Positions 1 through 12,685 of a DNA stretch of 64,000 nt are shown here, one piece after another. A model generated the notes under the pieces. That model was not told the origin of the DNA. It saw only the letters and a list, made by a program, of their open reading frames with translations, and searched no databases. Source of the stretch: Albugo candida. Taxonomy: Eukaryota. The translations under genes were made by a program, and so were the position numbers. Within the stretch, counting starts at the first letter, position 1. The number at the start of each line of letters is the position of its first letter. The DNA is taken from positions 496,001 through 560,000 of the forward strand of contig JBDOQK010000012.1 of assembly GCA_040437565.1 (NCBI GenBank), written 5' to 3'.

Positions 1-1335
1 AATAGCCAAGTTATCTCCCATGATTGTCCACATTCAACGATTTAGCAAGCCTTCTGTACTACTTCGTTATGCGCCAGCCTCGTTTAAGTTGAACGTGTCG
101 CATTTAAGCAGTTTCCAGTGCTGTAATTATGGAGACCATTGACAAAGATGAAAAATCCTTTTGGCATAAATTGAGAGTTCCAAGGATAAATAGAGACAAA
201 TTCCATAATATCGCTTCTTCCGAATTGAGCCCCATTTAGATCTGCGTGAAAAAACGCTCCGACAACAGCGACCCGAATACTCGGAACCGTTCCTTCCTTA
301 ATCAGAAATTGTGCCATAATTGGTGCGTCCATATATCCCACAACGACCGGAAGGTTCTCAGTCGTTTCGACGCGAGCTGTTATAGAATAGATTGGCTTTC
401 GGTTCCTCGATGTGTAATGTGGCGTATCCGTAATGTGGTTTGTAACCACCCATTCAGAGGTATCTGCTCCAAGTAAACTATACTTTATATGAAAGTTGGA
501 GATTCATGCACAGAGACTACAAAACACCGCAAATTTGTTCGCGTTAAAAGTTTGTCAAAAGACATCACATGGGTATTGTAGACTGATTAGATACTTGCAG
601 CATATTGATGACGAAAGATATCACGCGCATCGAGTCGAAAATAGGATTATTGTTACCACAATTCCCTTAGCTTGTTCAAATATCTCTAACCAACCTGGTG
701 ACAGCGGCTATCGCTCGTGTCATATCTCCTTGTCCTGCAAAGTAATAGCATTCGGTATCTTGTCACTTGTTCTACCAAGCGAAGAGGCTATCATAGCCCT
801 TACACTATTTCTATGGCTGTTCACAGCTAAACGCGTCACAAGGAGTTGACACGCAAAGTGTTGTGCACGCGAATTGCCGCGAGCTGCCATCACAAACAAA
901 CTGCCGATTCTTTGCGTGGCGAGCCGATTTATCGAGGTGTAGACTGGATATCAACCGGAAAACAATAGAAAACGTATGGCCATTTGACCATGATAAACCA
1001 CCCCTAATTTTCCAAAAGTGTTTGATAGAGAGAATAGTGAGCCTGTAAGATAGTTATTTTACTTAAGACCGAAAAGACTGCGAAAAAAGAGTAGATAGAC
1101 ATGTGCAATACGTTGGGGGAAAAGATGCGTTTTCTTCACAGAAAGACGCATTTAGGTACTCAAATGAGCTCCTGAAGTGCCTAAATGAGCCCATCGTATG
1201 TGCATCTCAGTTAGATGTATCAAATGTTGAAAAAAATGGACAAAGTAGAATGACATTGTTTTTTTTTTGGACGAAAACGTCGTTTATGCTATTATATATA
1301 GCTTTATATCTCGGAACAAGGCTAAACAGGACCAA

Positions 1336-2154
1336 TCAATCGCTGGTGTGAGAGATTGCGATTCTCGAAACGATATTGGCTGGTATCAATGCTGCATGTT
1401 TGGATAGATTTTGATGGATCAGTTTCCACTGCTCCACAAGTTCGCTCGTCGGAGTAAAAGGATCAATGTCTGCTTGCCTTGATGGAATGATCTCGAGAAA
1501 AACAGCAGCTGTATCAGCGATTTTCTGGCCGTACATCGATGCCAAAAATCCCCAGATGAGGTCCATACCAGCGGAAATTCCAGAGCTCGACCAAATGTGT
1601 CCATCTTGTACCCAGCGCGCTTGAATTTTCCAGTCAACATTGGGGAAATCATTGGTCACATACTCGAACAGAAATTTGTTGGTTGTTGCTGCTTTACCAT
1701 CCAGTATTCCCGTAGCGGCAACGATTCGTGCGCCAGAGCAGATACTCAAAATGTGCTCTGACTTCTGTAACGATTCTTTGATAAATTGGAAATAGTCAAC
1801 CTCCGCCAGCACATTTTCGATGTACATAGGAGCTGCACCAGGAATCAGTACGACATTCAGCTGCAGATCGCGATCAATAACATCTTGCATACTGGTATTA
1901 GCATAATAAGGAATACTGCCCTTTTCATCGGAATATAAAGGACCAACAGCCTTGGCGATCGTGTAAATCTCTATGGGAGCATTCCAGACAGAACGAAGGA
2001 TGTCAAAATACTGACATGGACCCATGAAGTCAAGCACTGTTACGCCTTCATATAAGATGATACCGATGTTTAATTGCTTTGTAAGCAATTGCTTTGTGTC
2101 ACTTTCTTCCTTTTCTGTCATTTGTGAATATGAGAGCCTAGGCACACTACGCAT
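1336..2154 (-). CDS. DJ-1/PfpI (ThiJ) family protein, isocyanide hydratase-like clade, intronless
   Basis: GIILYEGVTVLDFMGP, VLIPGA, nucleophile elbow SICSG, GILDGKAATTNK, ARWVQDGHIWSSSGISAGMD. Confidence 0.9.
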   Translation of the reverse strand: MRSVPRLSYSQMTEKEESDTKQLLTKQLNIGIILYEGVTVLDFMGPCQYFDILRSVWNAPIEIYTIAKAVGPLYSDEKGSIPYYANTSMQDVIDRDLQLNVVLIPGAAPMYIENVLAEVDYFQFIKESLQKSEHILSICSGARIVAATGILDGKAATTNKFLFEYVTNDFPNVDWKIQARWVQDGHIWSSSGISAGMDLIWGFLASMYGQKIADTAAVFLEIIPSRQADIDPFTPTSELVEQWKLIHQNLSKHAALIPANIVSRIAISHTSD

Positions 2155-2357
2155 CTATCAATGAAGATGAGCTTGTTTCGTACCCATGCATGTCTGATAA
2201 AATGTCAGTCACAATAATACTGGGGGGAAAATGTCCTTTGCATCGATCTACTGGATTCTCGCCTGTAAAGGCGTTCTGCATTGAGCAAATCCTACGCAAG
2301 ATCTATTCAAGATACCCAATGTTCTTAGTCTGATTGGAAAGAAAGGTCAAGTACGTT

Positions 2358-3419
2358 ACACTTGAAACCCTCGACTGTATTGGGATCATTATGATATGGA
2401 TCGCGAAGGAGAATTTGCATGGCAAGCCAACATTAGTGGGGTTTCAATAAACTAAAATGGACGAATTACCAGAGATAGGCAACTACGTATGTATAGACTA
2501 CTAGTATTACACTCAGCTTGATTGATCACAGAGCAGTAGGAGACACATAGTTTAAACGATCGACCATCTAGCTCAGATATACTCCCGATTTAGATTTAAC
2601 TAAGAGAACTCTAAAAAAGTGTGGACTAAATTTCTATCCCAACTCAACTGCGTTGCGAGCCACATAGTTGCATACGCTGAGTTGTTGTTTTGTTTCATCA
2701 ATTCATTCATCAATCCACGCTGCTAAGAAAAACGGGAGACAAAATGTACCGCAGCACGTTCATGTGCATCAGAAGCTTCATATGAGCTAGAATGCGCATA
2801 AACTGACATGTTTATGCGCATTCTAGCTCATATGAAGCTTCTGATGCACATGAACGTGCTGCGGTACATTTTGNNNNNNNNNNNNNNNNNNNNNNNNNNN
2901 NNNNNNNNNNNNNNNNNNNNNNNNNNNNNNNNNNNNNNNNNNNNNNNNNNNNNNNNNNNNNNNNNNNNNNNNNACACTTGAAACCCTCGACTGTATTGGG
3001 ATCATTATGATATGGATCGCGAAGGAGAATTTGCATGGCAAGCCAACATTAGTGGGGTTTCAATAAACTAAAATGGACGAATTACCAGAGATAGGCAACT
3101 ACGTATGTATAGACTACTAGTATTACACTCAGCTTGATTGATCACAGAGCAGTAGGAGACACATAGTTTAAACGATCGACCATCTAGCTCAGATATACTC
3201 CCGATTTAGATTTAACTAAGAGAACTCTAAAAAAGTGTGGACTAAATTTCTATCCCAACTCAACTGCGTTGCGAGCCACATAGTTGCATACGCTGAGTTG
3301 TTGTTTTGTTTCATCAATTCATTCATCAATCCACGCTGCTAAGAAAAACGGGAGACAAAATGTACCGCAGCACGTTCATGTGCATCAGAAGCTTCATATG
3401 AGCTAGAATGCGCATAAAC
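2358..3419. repeat. Direct duplication across N-gap (2358-2803 repeated from 2974) plus 64-bp perfect fold-back (2740-2873); assembly artefact
   Basis: Identical sequence on both sides of the 100-N gap at 2874-2973; inverted arm ends at the gap. Confidence 0.9.
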
Positions 3420-6317
3420 ATGTCAGTTTAGAACAGCTGAAGAAAAGAAGTACAACATTAGCTCACTCCAATGATTATATGGCAGACTCATCTGATTATT
3501 TTATCACCGGCGTACATATGGTCTCTGTTGTCTGGTTTTGAAAAAACCCGGATGATTTGCTTTAATTCAAGATGCAATCCCATGTCAAGTATAATCATCA
3601 CCTGCAGATACCCAGAATCAATTGCAAATCTCGCTGCAATCTTTGTAAAACCGAGCTATTAAGTGGATAGGCGTAGTATTTATGCTATTTTGGTGCAAAA
3701 ATGTCGCTGCTGGTATCCTGTGCAAGAATGGGATGTGTGTATTTGTACAATTCAACAATTCAGTACATTATGAGTACTTTAGTTCTATTGTGACCTCCCT
3801 GGTACTTTAGAGGCCGCAATTACGCATTCATACGACAGACAAAAGCATACGCTGCACAGATTATCGGTACATTTGTATCATCGCACAAGCCGATACAGCA
3901 TTCGAGCTACAGCTTGTTTCGCAGCACTAAAGTGAATATAATAAAGAAAATGGTAGCACGAAAACTTCTGTACTTGTGAAATTCTCACATCGCAGCGCAT
4001 TGCTAGGTAAGGTCAGGATTGATTATGAGTGATCAAGAGAACGATTTTTTTGTAGAGCTGATTTCTTATTTGGAGCAAGATACTTGCTAGATCGGAACGT
4101 CAGGCGCTTCCCGGAGATTTGTTGCCGACATTGTAGCGAGGGAAAATTCACAAGGTCCAAGTCTGTAAGTGTATGAATGGGATGGAGGCACGTGCAGTAC
4201 AGGACAGGCTCAGCACGTTGAGCGATGCACTGATCCCTCCAAGACTCATCAGATGGGCATCAAATCCATCTAAGATGCTTTTGTCAAAAAGGCTGTGCGA
4301 CAAGAGATTTACTTTGCGAAAAATACCCAGGCTTTAGCAAGATGTTTTTTGAAACTGAGATACTATAGTCTCACCTGACGTTTCTCAATTGCGTGAATGA
4401 CGCTACCCCATGCCGGGTATGCGCAATGAAGCTGCACATACGAAGCCAGACGGATTTCAAAGTGTCAACATACCGCTTCTCATCTCGTTCTGACAAGGTC
4501 TGAAACCGATACGGTATTGCGCATTGAGCTTTGCATAATTGACAGAGTCGGCTTGGTAATTACATGAGAAATTGGGCTGATCGATTACAAGGCTGCCGTA
4601 GAATATGATACTCGATAGTGCTGAAGACTGAGTAGTTCAATTGCCTGCGTCGACCCTCCTAGCTGGACCTGCAGCTACTCCCCTTCCTCCCGCCTCGCTG
4701 TGACTCTGGCATTAGGGCAAACAATTGACTCTCTCTCCGCACCCAAACTTCACCCAACCGAAAGCTCTGCGCTAATGCCCGCTGCCGCATGAAGGGAGTC
4801 TTTTGATATCGAATTACAATCCGGAAGGATTACACACAATGCATGATATCGATTAAGTAAACCTCGCGATGTGTTAAGCTTTCACCAGTTGTCAGCCAAA
4901 GTGATCCAACCTAATGATGGAGTATGTACGATAATTAACCCAGACACTTTTGTAGTGATTAAATCACACAACATTCCTATTACAACGCTGAGCATAGCGC
5001 CACTGACAATTCATTCTGCACGGTCGAATAGCTGAGCTTCCACCTCTTCCTTGCTGACCGATTACCAGCAGCGATTAGAACGCTGCATCGATCCGACTCC
5101 AGTATAGATAAAAAGTGTATGCTTAAAACGTAACAAAGTGAATCGCATACTCTAGTCGTACAAGTAAGAACTCTAGACTTGACTCCACTCACATGTGTTT
5201 TCTCAGCGGCCCGGAATGTTTCAGGAAGGGCTTACTCCGTGCAGCGTGTTACCGATAGATCTCATTTACCAGCGTGTAGAATAGAAAATGGAACAATAAG
5301 AATAAGATCACGAGCTTTGTTCTACAAATACACTATCGCCGAAATGTCCGATTATTTGCACCTCAGGTCGTAAGTCATGGAACTCTCTCATCATTTCTTA
5401 GTCCGTAAATTGTAAGCGGGCAATGATAAAGCTCTAATAGAACGCAAGTCCAAAAATGAATCACTGCTTGCATTCGCTTATTTTATTTTGATTTACGCCG
5501 TATCTTATGACACTTCATGTTGCATGACAGCAGCAGTAAACTGAGCTCCACTGACCGGCGGCGTCATATATCCCGCTTGCATTCCCCCAACGCATTATGT
5601 GCGCCAAATGCTGCATGGAGGCTTACGCATAAAGTCGTTCTAGGTTGGAACAACTTTGCGGAAAAATAAAGTCGAATAAATTGCCAAATTCGAGCAATTT
5701 GGCGGATCGAAGCCAACATGCTGCTAGATCTGTCGAACACTTGCTTTTCGGCTAGTAGTGCGTCAGCTCTACGCGCATGCCTCACTCATCTGGAAGGACC
5801 TCGCGCAGTGTTCGCGGGACAGAGCGTGAGCTCGGCTGCTTGAATTAAATTTGTATGATGCGTTGCGTGTGTTTTGATACGTAGATGGCTTCGTGCGGTT
5901 GCCTCATATTACAGCTAATATATAGCATGCAAATGCCTCAGTACATCTTTGACCTTGCAGCTTGAGTTCACACGGTATTCTCTCTATGCTGTCCGTGCTA
6001 TATGACCCCGGAGCGCAAGCACCGTAAATTTCCTAGCATCTGATCTTGTGAACATGTAGTGTGCACTCAGTAAGCGAGATAGCTACGATGAGTAGTATGA
6101 TTAGGCGAGTACATCGTACTCGATGTAAGAAATGCTGCATCAAGAATCAACGGGCATTGACGCAGATCATGACTTAGTTCGGACCTTGCCTTCCGGCGCC
6201 TCACCTGTAATGTGGAACGCATCAATAGGAATCCCACGTGCCTTGGAGCTCACCGCCAACCATACTAATTGAGACCGCGCTCTGATTGGACAGTGTGACT
6301 CGGACTTTGTACGCAAA

Positions 6318-7829
6318 ATGGTGAAAAAGAAGTCGAAAAGTAAGCGATTGACACTTCATAAAAAGTATAAAATATGTCGCAAAGTACGTGAGCATAAAAG
6401 GAAGCTTCGCAAGATGGAGGGCAAAGACTCTCTTGCGAAAAAAGCAAAGAAAAACCCAGGAATTCCCAATAATTGGCCATTTAAGCAGGAATTACTCATG
6501 CAGCTGGAGCAAAATCGACTTATGGAGCAGAAGTTACTACAAGAGCAGAGAGAAAGACGCAAACTGGAAAAGAAAAAGATGAAAGCTTCTAATCACAACG
6601 ATGCACCGCTACTGGTGCCTTCTCCTATCTCTGATAAAATACAGGAAAGAATCGACCTAAAGCACAGCGTACAGCGAGCAGATATGGTGGTCATAGTATT
6701 GGACGCTCGTGATCCTCAAGGGTGTCGTGCTCTTTCATTAGAAGATGGCCTTATTGCAAAGGGAAGCAAAAAAGTTGTTCTTGTGCTTACAAAAATAGAC
6801 TTAGTACCTACCGAAGTAGCACAAAAGTGGATAACATACTTGCGGCGTTTTTACCCAACCATTCCTGTCCGAGGCTTGAATGAGCACAGGCCAGCGATTG
6901 TGCCAAAGAGCAAGCATCTACGTGGGAAGAACGCTGTGCATGATCGTTTACAAGCACTTAGCGAAATGAGAGACAATGGCAATGTTGAACCACTGCGATA
7001 CTTCCTTAAAAGATTTGGAGAAAAGCACAAAAAAGCCAACTCATGCGAAAAGCTTCATATCGCAATATTAGGATACTCGAATGTTGGCAAAAGTACCCTT
7101 ATTAATGCATTGAAGAAAAGACAACTTGTGGCTATAAATGCGGTGTCACATGCTCCTCAACTAGCTATCAATGTACCGTTTGATGAACATAGTGTCTTGA
7201 TTGATTGCCCATCAATGGACCCAGAATATAGCGATCCATCGTCTGTTCTGATGCGTCATAGTATTGCAGGCTTGACTGTAGAGGACCCTGTTATGTGTGT
7301 AAAGACGCTCTTGGATCGCGGCACTGATAAAATGGACTTGATGCAGAGCTTGCAAATATCCAATTTCCAAGATCATGAAGATTTACTACAGAAGCTAGCA
7401 ATCAAAAAGGGTATCTTACGTAAAGGAGGAGATCCAGACGTGCTGGCAACGGCTCGAAAGCTGCTGCATGATTTTGGAACCGGTGAGCAGTCCGTTGTTT
7501 GCTTGCCTCCACTCAAGTCTAGATCACGGTTCGAAATGCCTCCTTGGTTCCACAAAGTGGATCTGGCAGAGGTTCGTTCCAGCTTTTTTGAGTAGGGATT
7601 TCGACTGCTGATATAATCGTGCTTGTAGCTGAACAACTTGGAAGTGGCATTATGGCAATCCAATCCGAGTAATCATAAAAAAATCATCAAAATCCAGACA
7701 TGTTCAGCGCTACATCAAGTGGGAGACTTTACTGAATACGATTTGATAATGGGAACACTTCCAGAATGTGATGGTCTTACTTCAGATGAGGAGGATAGCA
7801 TGGATGAGGACGAGGAACAGGTGGAGTAG
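6318..7829 (+). CDS. GNL3: Nucleostemin/GNL3(L)/Nug1-like circularly permuted nucleolar GTPase; intron 7572-7628
   Basis: N-terminus SKRLTLHKKYKI..KVREH.RK, PGIPNNWPFK, DARDP, TKID, GYSNVGKS, RKGGDPD; GT-AG intron joins an acidic tail in frame. Confidence 0.88.
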
Positions 7830-8858
7830 ACTGGGAGTAGATTTCTTGAGCACACTCTAGATGTGGTACATACTGATCAATAGCTTCGCATATTCCTTCA
7901 AAATGAACAGAGACTGTATTTGCACATTTGTTCTACGGGCCCGCTGAAAAACTCTAAAGAGAAGTGCTGCAAGGACTCGCTAGGATATACATCCCACGCT
8001 AAGCACAGACGTGATTATATTCATCGTGCCAAGTTGTCAGCCATTTCGGAGGTGCTCAGTATCACGGAGTTTGCATGCTTGCCAAAACATGTCGGGTGGA
8101 TGCTTAATGTAATCCTCCTCTGATGCTATAAACTTTTGTCGTCATAAGCTGAAGCATGGCACAAATAATATGAGCTCGTGTACTCGACCCCACATCGGGC
8201 TACTCATACCGATCTTAGCAATCGGACTGATTCATTAATCTTGTATAACTGGAGTGTGTTTTATAGCGATTGTGCATTAGAGCTGCAACGAGGCGTGCCC
8301 TTGCTTGGACGGTGTGATAAGTAAAACTTGGAAGAAACAAAGGAAGGTAGTTCTGCGAAAGTAATCAGTTTTGAGACTGTAATTGCAGGACACTCTGGAA
8401 CAGCGCCAAGTGCTTAGTGCTGAATCGTAGTAGGGGTCAATGACTAGATATGCATTCTAATGACTGCACACGTGACAGCTTTCTGATTGAATTGATCATG
8501 CGAAAGCGCAGCTGTATTATTGTTGTTCAGAGCGCCGAAATATAAAATACGGTGCTCCATGCTAGCAACAAAGTCCTTGTATATTTTGAAGACCTGAACA
8601 TGAATGGGGACAATGTTTGCCACAATAGATCGTCAGAAGTACATAGATTGACAAAAAAAGACGCTTGCGTCCAGCCTTCACTATCAGATCACCGATACAA
8701 GCGGTCTAATATGACATAAGCCTTTTGTAGATTCAGTATGAAGGAAAACATAATTTGTGTTTTTTGCATGACAGCGCGTTAGGGCAGTAGTATATAAAGA
8801 CGAGCGTAATTGAGAAAAAGGTATTTTAAATGCACTGTATTCCTGTCAGAGATAGGTC

Positions 8859-9497
8859 CTAGTCTTGACAAGGTGTGATTGCTGGGTCGTCACACATTGC
8901 AAAGCTGCGATAACACTTGTTAGAGAATGTTTTCCACATGCCTCTTACTTGTCCACACACAGGATCAAATTGATCAATGCAGTAAAAGTCACAGTCCGAG
9001 CATTTACCGTTCTTCAATCTCGTCAAATTTTCAAATTTTTGCTGAGCATTTTCTAATGCGCATTGACTCACATAGTTGTATCGGTCGCTTCCACAGACCA
9101 CGCTCGCTTCATTGATCACTGCTGGGCAACTAATGTTGGATTTTTGTATGTTAACTTGAGCACACTCCAAGTCAATTCCTGACAGGCTTGGGTCATAGCA
9201 CTGCATACGTTCAAATTCGCACCGATTTGAATACTCAAAGCCATCCGATCCACAAACTCGCAAAGTCGAAAAAGATGAACATCTGATCAAATGGCAGAAT
9301 GAATTTTTTCTTCGTTGCATGCATGGTCCACTTTTGAATTTTGTAGGCGCACCGGGTGTGTTTTTCATAATACATTCGTTCCAATACGTCAAACCATCAG
9401 AGCCACATAGTGGTGTGTAGTCAGTATTGCAAGGTAGCATTTGATTTCCACCATTGACTGGTGATGAAAGACAACTAAGGAACAGCAGGCGCAACAT
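8859..9497 (-). CDS. Secreted four-domain Kazal-type serine protease inhibitor (EPI-like apoplastic effector candidate)
   Basis: Signal-like MLRLLFLSCLSSPVNG; repeated CGSD..Y.N.C motifs; fourth domain CIDQFDPVCG. Confidence 0.9.
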   Translation of the reverse strand: MLRLLFLSCLSSPVNGGNQMLPCNTDYTPLCGSDGLTYWNECIMKNTPGAPTKFKSGPCMQRRKNSFCHLIRCSSFSTLRVCGSDGFEYSNRCEFERMQCYDPSLSGIDLECAQVNIQKSNISCPAVINEASVVCGSDRYNYVSQCALENAQQKFENLTRLKNGKCSDCDFYCIDQFDPVCGQVRGMWKTFSNKCYRSFAMCDDPAITPCQD

Positions 9498-9977
9498 TGT
9501 AGAATGGGGAAATAGTACGAGGCTGGACGCGTGATTCAATAACGACTGCGTGGGCGAAAGTGCAAGCTGACTATAAGTAACAAGTACATGCTGAGAGAGT
9601 CACCACCCAGTGGCTACAGCTGCTGTAAAAAGATCGTCCCTTTTTGCAGATCTATATGCTGATATTGAATGGTGACGTAGGCCATGTTTTCTTGCGGTCG
9701 ACTTGCTACACTCTCAAGGTGCGTGCAAAATAGACGGGCGCTATTTCCCCAACAGAAGAATCTGCTGTATTCGAAGACTTTTACCATTGCAATATATTTT
9801 AATCAAGTGTAGCATTCATGGATGATTTTATGCTAACCTGACTTTTTGATGTGCCAGCTGCTAGTCTTTGGATGTTAATCCGATAAAAAGAATTCGACGA
9901 AAGAGAAGTTTATCGAAGCTTGTGGAAGTGATTTTGTAGCTACGCTTACAAATCTCTTCTAAATGGGCTGTAGAATA

Positions 9978-10071
9978 GTCGAATGCAGCCATTGAGATGG
10001 ATGCCTTCATAAATTTCGTCGAATGTAGCCATTGAGAAGGATGCCTTCATAAATTCCGTCGAATATCAGCC
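9978..10071. repeat. 40-bp tandem repeat, about 2.3 copies
   Basis: gtcgaatg(c/t)agccattgaga(t/a)ggatgccttcataaatt(t/c)c at 9978 and 10018, partial copy at 10058. Confidence 0.85.
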
Positions 10072-11290
10072 AAAGTCACAACGCGAGAGAAGCTAGCCAT
10101 GTACGTCCTCTAGAGAGAGAAAATAGCGCAGACATCCACAAAATCAATTTATTCATTCGAGCGATAGGACACTTTCAATCTGATACTGTAGCATCCATTT
10201 TATCGCACGCACCCCTTTCACAACAGACCGTCGGCAGAAAGAGTCAGTTTACATTTGTCAGGCGTTGCATATGATTGAGTTGCCTACTAAATTACTTTGC
10301 TTTTTCTCATGCTGCTCATATATATTGTACAGTATCACAGCGCCTTGTACTGTCGAAAAAGATTAGTTATCTCCAATATCAGAGCCGTTGCTCACGAGCT
10401 ACACCCATATATGAATCGCTTTACAGCCGAGCTGAGTCGTCCTACGGTTCAATATCATAAGTGTGCCAAGGCGGAGTCTCTGTGGCGGCTTGTAAATTGT
10501 TTTCATCTGTATCTTGCCGCCAATAATTCTGTTCGGCAGTTTCTACATACCGTTGAAAGAGAACTTTAGCGCCTCCAAAAATATCAACAACGACTTGGGC
10601 TTATTCGCTCACGATCGGTGCCACCTGTCTTTGTATTTGCTTCTTTTTCACTCTCTTCGGGACGTGGAAGTACCTTCCGACGACTTTTGTGCTTTTTGCA
10701 TCAGCTCGTTCATTTATGTTTGCTCGACAAGATATCTCGTCACGATCGATATCAGCGAAAGTTCATTAACGACTTTTCTATCTGGTCTACGATTATATGC
10801 AAAAGCAGAAAAGCTTACTTGATAATTCGAAGAGCATGATCCCCTAGAGCGAGCATGAGCGAGCTTTTAGCTCTCAGGCGGCACACGACGTGCTTCATTT
10901 GTCAAGTCTAATTTGCCTTATAGCACTCCACATCGAGAATCATCGCAGCAGAAGCGCTTGCGGAGCTATCTCAGTCAGGTGAAGACCAGTCATTGAGGTC
11001 AATTGGGCCACACTGGATCCAGAATCAATGATCTTCAGATTGCTGCAACATCTTATGATAGCTAGGTGTAATAAGAATTAAAAATATCCCCGATTTCATC
11101 GCCAGAATGGTCAGTTTGGTTCTGTTATTTGCGTGCATACCTGTTTCACTCTTTTGCAAGGGAAGACTATCGTAACCATAAAGCATGTACAATTTTAGAA
11201 CGTTGAAAAGTGCATACAAATCGTGTCATCCTCATGGAATACCGGAACCAGCGATCTCACCAAGATACAAAAGGGATTCTGTAGGGTTTT

Positions 11291-12493
11291 ATGTTTATAC
11301 ACATACTAAGCGATCCCAGTATGCACTGTGCATTTTTGACCATTTCTTTCTGTAATAAGATGTCAGTGCTCGTGCAATGCTATCGGCTTATATGTTGTTC
11401 GGAAGCTTTTCTCATGCAATCTGAAAGCAAGCTGCTGAGATGCAGTAGGTACTCTTTTCTACTCAGACTTTTTTTCGTCAATGACCACGATGGCTAATTG
11501 ATTATACATAATTTTATGTCAGTTCATGATTCTATGGTCGATAAAGATGCTTTGTTTTGCGCCCTCTATAGGTTTATGATGGAGCAGTATCATCATTATA
11601 TTTGCTTAGGAGCGAGGAGTGCTAAGGAAATCTTCTCAAGAAGTCTTTTCACGGTCATAAAACTCTGGATGCTAAGTATTTTATTCCGTTAGATAAATTT
11701 ACTCGATTTAGTCTCAACCGAGCCACCAAAGAGGCAGAATTTTCAATGTTGTGCTCGAGCCTTTTTAATTGCAACAAAAAAATTCCTCAAACTCGACGAG
11801 AGAAAGTTGCGTCTTCACGCTGCCATAATTTGATTCAAACACACTCGCTTTCTATAAATATTGTGCAAAAGGTTGAGGAGTCTGCAGCTTGATATGAGTG
11901 GGTCCATTATTGCAAGGCAAAGACTTCAAATGTATACATTCTAGGTATTGTTAGTCACTTGTCCCCAGCAGGATGTCTGTGCACCTCACTCCGAATGCTG
12001 AAGGGTTGGCTACAAGTATGGAGCGTGTAAACAATCTATAACACGAAGGTTGCACACAACAATGCATACTCTCTCAGAAAGAGAGGTATGGATTCAACTG
12101 GTACGATTCTTGACGAACAAGCGTATGCTTGTTCAATGCCTGTCTAGCCACAGTAATTTATGCTTGGTTCGTTTCAGACATGAATTAGAAAACATGTCTA
12201 GATCTGGAAGTATCGCATTTACAAATTTATATTCGCATGTATTTCGCAGTGTCCGCGCCAATGAAAAGTTCCTTAATTGCTCTATAAAGCTGCACTTCAA
12301 TACTGACCCCTATATCAATTGCAATCAAAATGAGTCGAGAAAAAAGCCGACAAGCGGCCAAAGATTTGTTAGAGCTATGCAAAGAAGAAGGAGTCAAAGT
12401 TCCGACGGTAGAGAATGCAATCTGTGCACTCACTATTTCAAGGTTTTTAGTAACGTTGATTTGAGTACAGAATGCTCGAAATGCAATGGTTGA
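11291..12493 (+). pseudogene. Candidate decayed CHxC/CCG-type secreted effector gene
   Basis: ORF pieces 11291, 11498 and 12050 share one frame separated by stops; YHHYICLGAR is three G>A changes from CHHCICLGAG; later CNLC and CSKC pairs. Confidence 0.4.
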
Positions 12494-12685
12494 AGCCGGC
12501 ACTATGCTGAATTCGACAAAAGAAAATGTATGTTGCAGAATATGCACTATCCTTTACAAGCTCATTTAGACGATCGTGGCGCCTAATTAGGGAGATTTTT
12601 CTGTGCAAAATGCACTTCAGGTGTGTCAATCCATTATGTATTTGTGTGTAATCGTTCCAATGAATAATGACAAAACTATTAGGAA

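Noticed and set aside
84-449. 121-aa minus-strand ORF with protein-like composition
   Set aside because: Non-ATG start, upstream in-frame stop and no recognisable family; may be a gene remnant but cannot be supported
3900-6100. Gene-poor stretch with stop-broken frames, suspected transposon remnant
   Set aside because: No RT, integrase, transposase motif, LTR or TIR could be identified
9978-10071. 40-bp repeat as CRISPR-like array
   Set aside because: Head-to-tail units without spacers, eukaryotic context, no cas genes
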